A stretch of 63,918 nucleotides of DNA, the filler included, from Octopus bimaculoides (taxonomy: Eukaryota): the NCBI RefSeq assembly GCF_001194135.2. It is 5 parts of 5 records of this genome, joined end to end, with 100 filler letters (N's around TTAATTAATTAA, not from the genome) between each part and the next. Parts side by side here need not be neighbours in the genome. Positions count along the whole stretch, not along the records: positions 61,551 to 63,918 come from NC_068988.1; 4 more parts are not named here. The stretch is one strand, 5' to 3'. The position numbers and the translations under genes were made by a program. The notes below the pieces were generated by a model. It was not told where the DNA came from and did no database searches. It saw nothing but the letters and a program-made list of their open reading frames with translations. Shown in pieces: positions 61,838-63,918 of the stretch (positions are counted from its first letter, which is position 1; the number at the start of each line of letters is the position of its first letter).

Positions 61838-61893
<56 letters not shown>

Positions 61894-61958
61894 ATTCGCA
61901 TTACATACATATACCTTCAAATGCATTTATTCATACAGATACATACGCACACACACAC

Positions 61959-61999
<41 letters not shown>

Positions 62000-62717
62000 N
62001 NNNNNNNNNNNNNNNNNNNNNNNNNNNNNNNNNNNNNNNNNNNNNNNNNNNNNNNNNNNNNNNNNNNNNNNNNNNNNNNNNNNNNNNNNNNNNNNNNNNN
62101 NNNNNNNNNNNNNNNNNNNNNNNNNNNNNNNNNNNNNNNNNNNNNNNNNNNNNNNNNNNNNNNNNNNNNNNNNNNNNNNNNNNNNNNNNNNNNNNNNNNN
62201 NNNNNNNNNNNNNNNNNNNNNNNNNNNNNNNNNNNNNNNNNNNNNNNNNNNNNNNNNNNNNNNNNNNNNNNNNNNNNNNNNNNNNNNNNNNNNNNNNNNN
62301 NNNNNNNNNNNNNNNNNNNNNNNNNNNNNNNNNNNNNNNNNNNNNNNNNNNNNNNNNNNNNNNNNNNNNNNNNNNNNNNNNNNNNNNNNNNNNNNNNNNN
62401 NNNNNNNNNNNNNNNNNNNNNNNNNNNNNNNNNNNNNNNNNNNNNNNNNNNNNNNNNNNNNNNNNNNNNNNNNNNNNNNNNNNNNNNNNNNNNNNNNNNN
62501 NNNNNNNNNNNNNNNNNNNNNNNNNNNNNNNNNNNNNNNNNNNNNNNNNNNNNNNNNNNNNNNNNNNNNNNNNNNNNNNNNNNNNNNNNNNNNNNNNNNN
62601 NNNNNNNNNNNNNNNNNNNNNNNNNNNNNNNNNNNNNNNNNNNNNNNNNNNNNNNNNNNNNNNNNNNNNNNNNNNNNNNNNNNNNNNNNNNNNNNNNNNN
62701 NNNNNNNNNNNNNNNNN

Positions 62718-62775
<58 letters not shown>

Positions 62776-63279
62776 TGTGTGTGTGTGTGTGTATACATAT
62801 GTATGTGTGCATATATATATATGTATATATGTGTATGTCTATATATGTGCATATACATATAAATACATGCATACATGCATGCATATATATATGTATATAT
62901 ATATATATGCACACACACACATACACACACACACACACACACATACACTCACATGCACACACATACGGATAGAAGTGATTGTTCTATCATGAACCATTAA
63001 TTTTTTAATTTTCTATTTGTTTATTTGTTTCAACATCCGTTAAACCCCGGTGAACCTCCTGCACTGAACTTGTGTGACAAGTTAAATCTGTGAAGAGAAG
63101 AGTCTCTAATCATTGTTGATGTTTATTTCTTGTAAACAACTGGTTCAGATATTAAAATACCAATATCACTCTGTACATCGATATTGGGAGACGGGAACGG
63201 AGGGGTGGGTGGCGGTTGTTGCGTGTGTGTGTGTGAGAGAGAGAGAGAGAGAAAGAGATAGAGAGAGAGAGAAAGAAAG

Positions 63280-63720
63280 AGAGAGTAAGTGTGAGTGTGT
63301 GTGTGAGTGATTACAGGAGGGAATACTATGAGAGGTAGCAGACGATAAAGTGAATGAATGAGAGAGGGAGGGAGAGATTGAATGAAAAAGCGTGTGATTG
63401 AGATGGTGACTGAGTGAATGAACGATGGTGTGAATGAGTGAGGGTGAATGAGTGAGTGAGTGAAAGAATGAATGAGTGAGTGAGCGAGTGAGAGAATGAG
63501 TGAGTGAGTAAGTGAGTGAGTGAGAGAGAGAGAATAAGTGAGTGAGTGAGTGAGGGAGAGAGAATGATTGAGTGAGTGAGAGAATGAGTGAGTGAGTGAG
63601 AGACTGAGTTAATGAGTGAGTGAGTGAGAGAGAGAATGAGTGAAAGAATGAGGAATTGAATGAATAAGGATATGAATGAATAAGTGAATGAGGGAGTGAG
63701 TGTGCGAATGAATGAATAAA
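63280..63720 (+). repeat. Degenerate (GAGT/GAAT)n tetranucleotide array
   Basis: Directly visible. It gives the spurious HSLT-rich ORFs. Confidence 0.92.
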
Positions 63721-63878
63721 ACATTGAGGATTTTTAGTCGAACGACTCGACACCTGTTACTATTCTATCGGTTCTGTTTGCTGAATAGCAATGATACGGA
63801 GGCGCAAACAAACCATCACCTGTTGTCAAGCGGCGGTGGGAGCAGAGACACGCCACATATAGATAAATACATACATAC

Positions 63879-63918
<40 letters not shown>

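Overview
Repeat-saturated, gappy animal DNA. The SINE families, extreme microsatellite density and gap style suggest a cephalopod, probably an Octopus short-read assembly (inference). There is no prokaryotic content and no CRISPR array, rRNA or true tRNA gene. Roughly a quarter of the bases are N, and most long entries in the ORF track are N-run or microsatellite artefacts. The only host coding sequence I can support is a 111-nt minus-strand exon (11006-10896, MTMDSLYGSDRKLSDLDDSGVSEFLLDQDIFPASSNM, then a phase-0 GT donor). It resembles the first coding exon of the CREB3L1/CREB3L2 (CrebA) bZIP family, and the rest of that gene presumably lies left of the window. About 2.7 kb upstream is a CpG-rich promoter-like island (13.7-13.95 kb) with NRF1-, ETS-, YY1- and CRE-like motifs. 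Everything else is transposon debris: RTE, CR1, R4/Dong-type and Tx1 LINEs, Penelope-like pieces (one with a decayed hammerhead), Gypsy integrase/LTR, a mariner, Tc1 and hAT remnants, two Helitrons (one with telomere-like repeats), MITEs, three SINE families, a 49-bp minisatellite and many microsatellites. I see no clear-cut new biological system. The best leads are the CREB3L promoter and splicing architecture, including a possible in-frame splice into an intronic RTE, and several unusual element structures. Coordinates of degenerate repeats are approximate.
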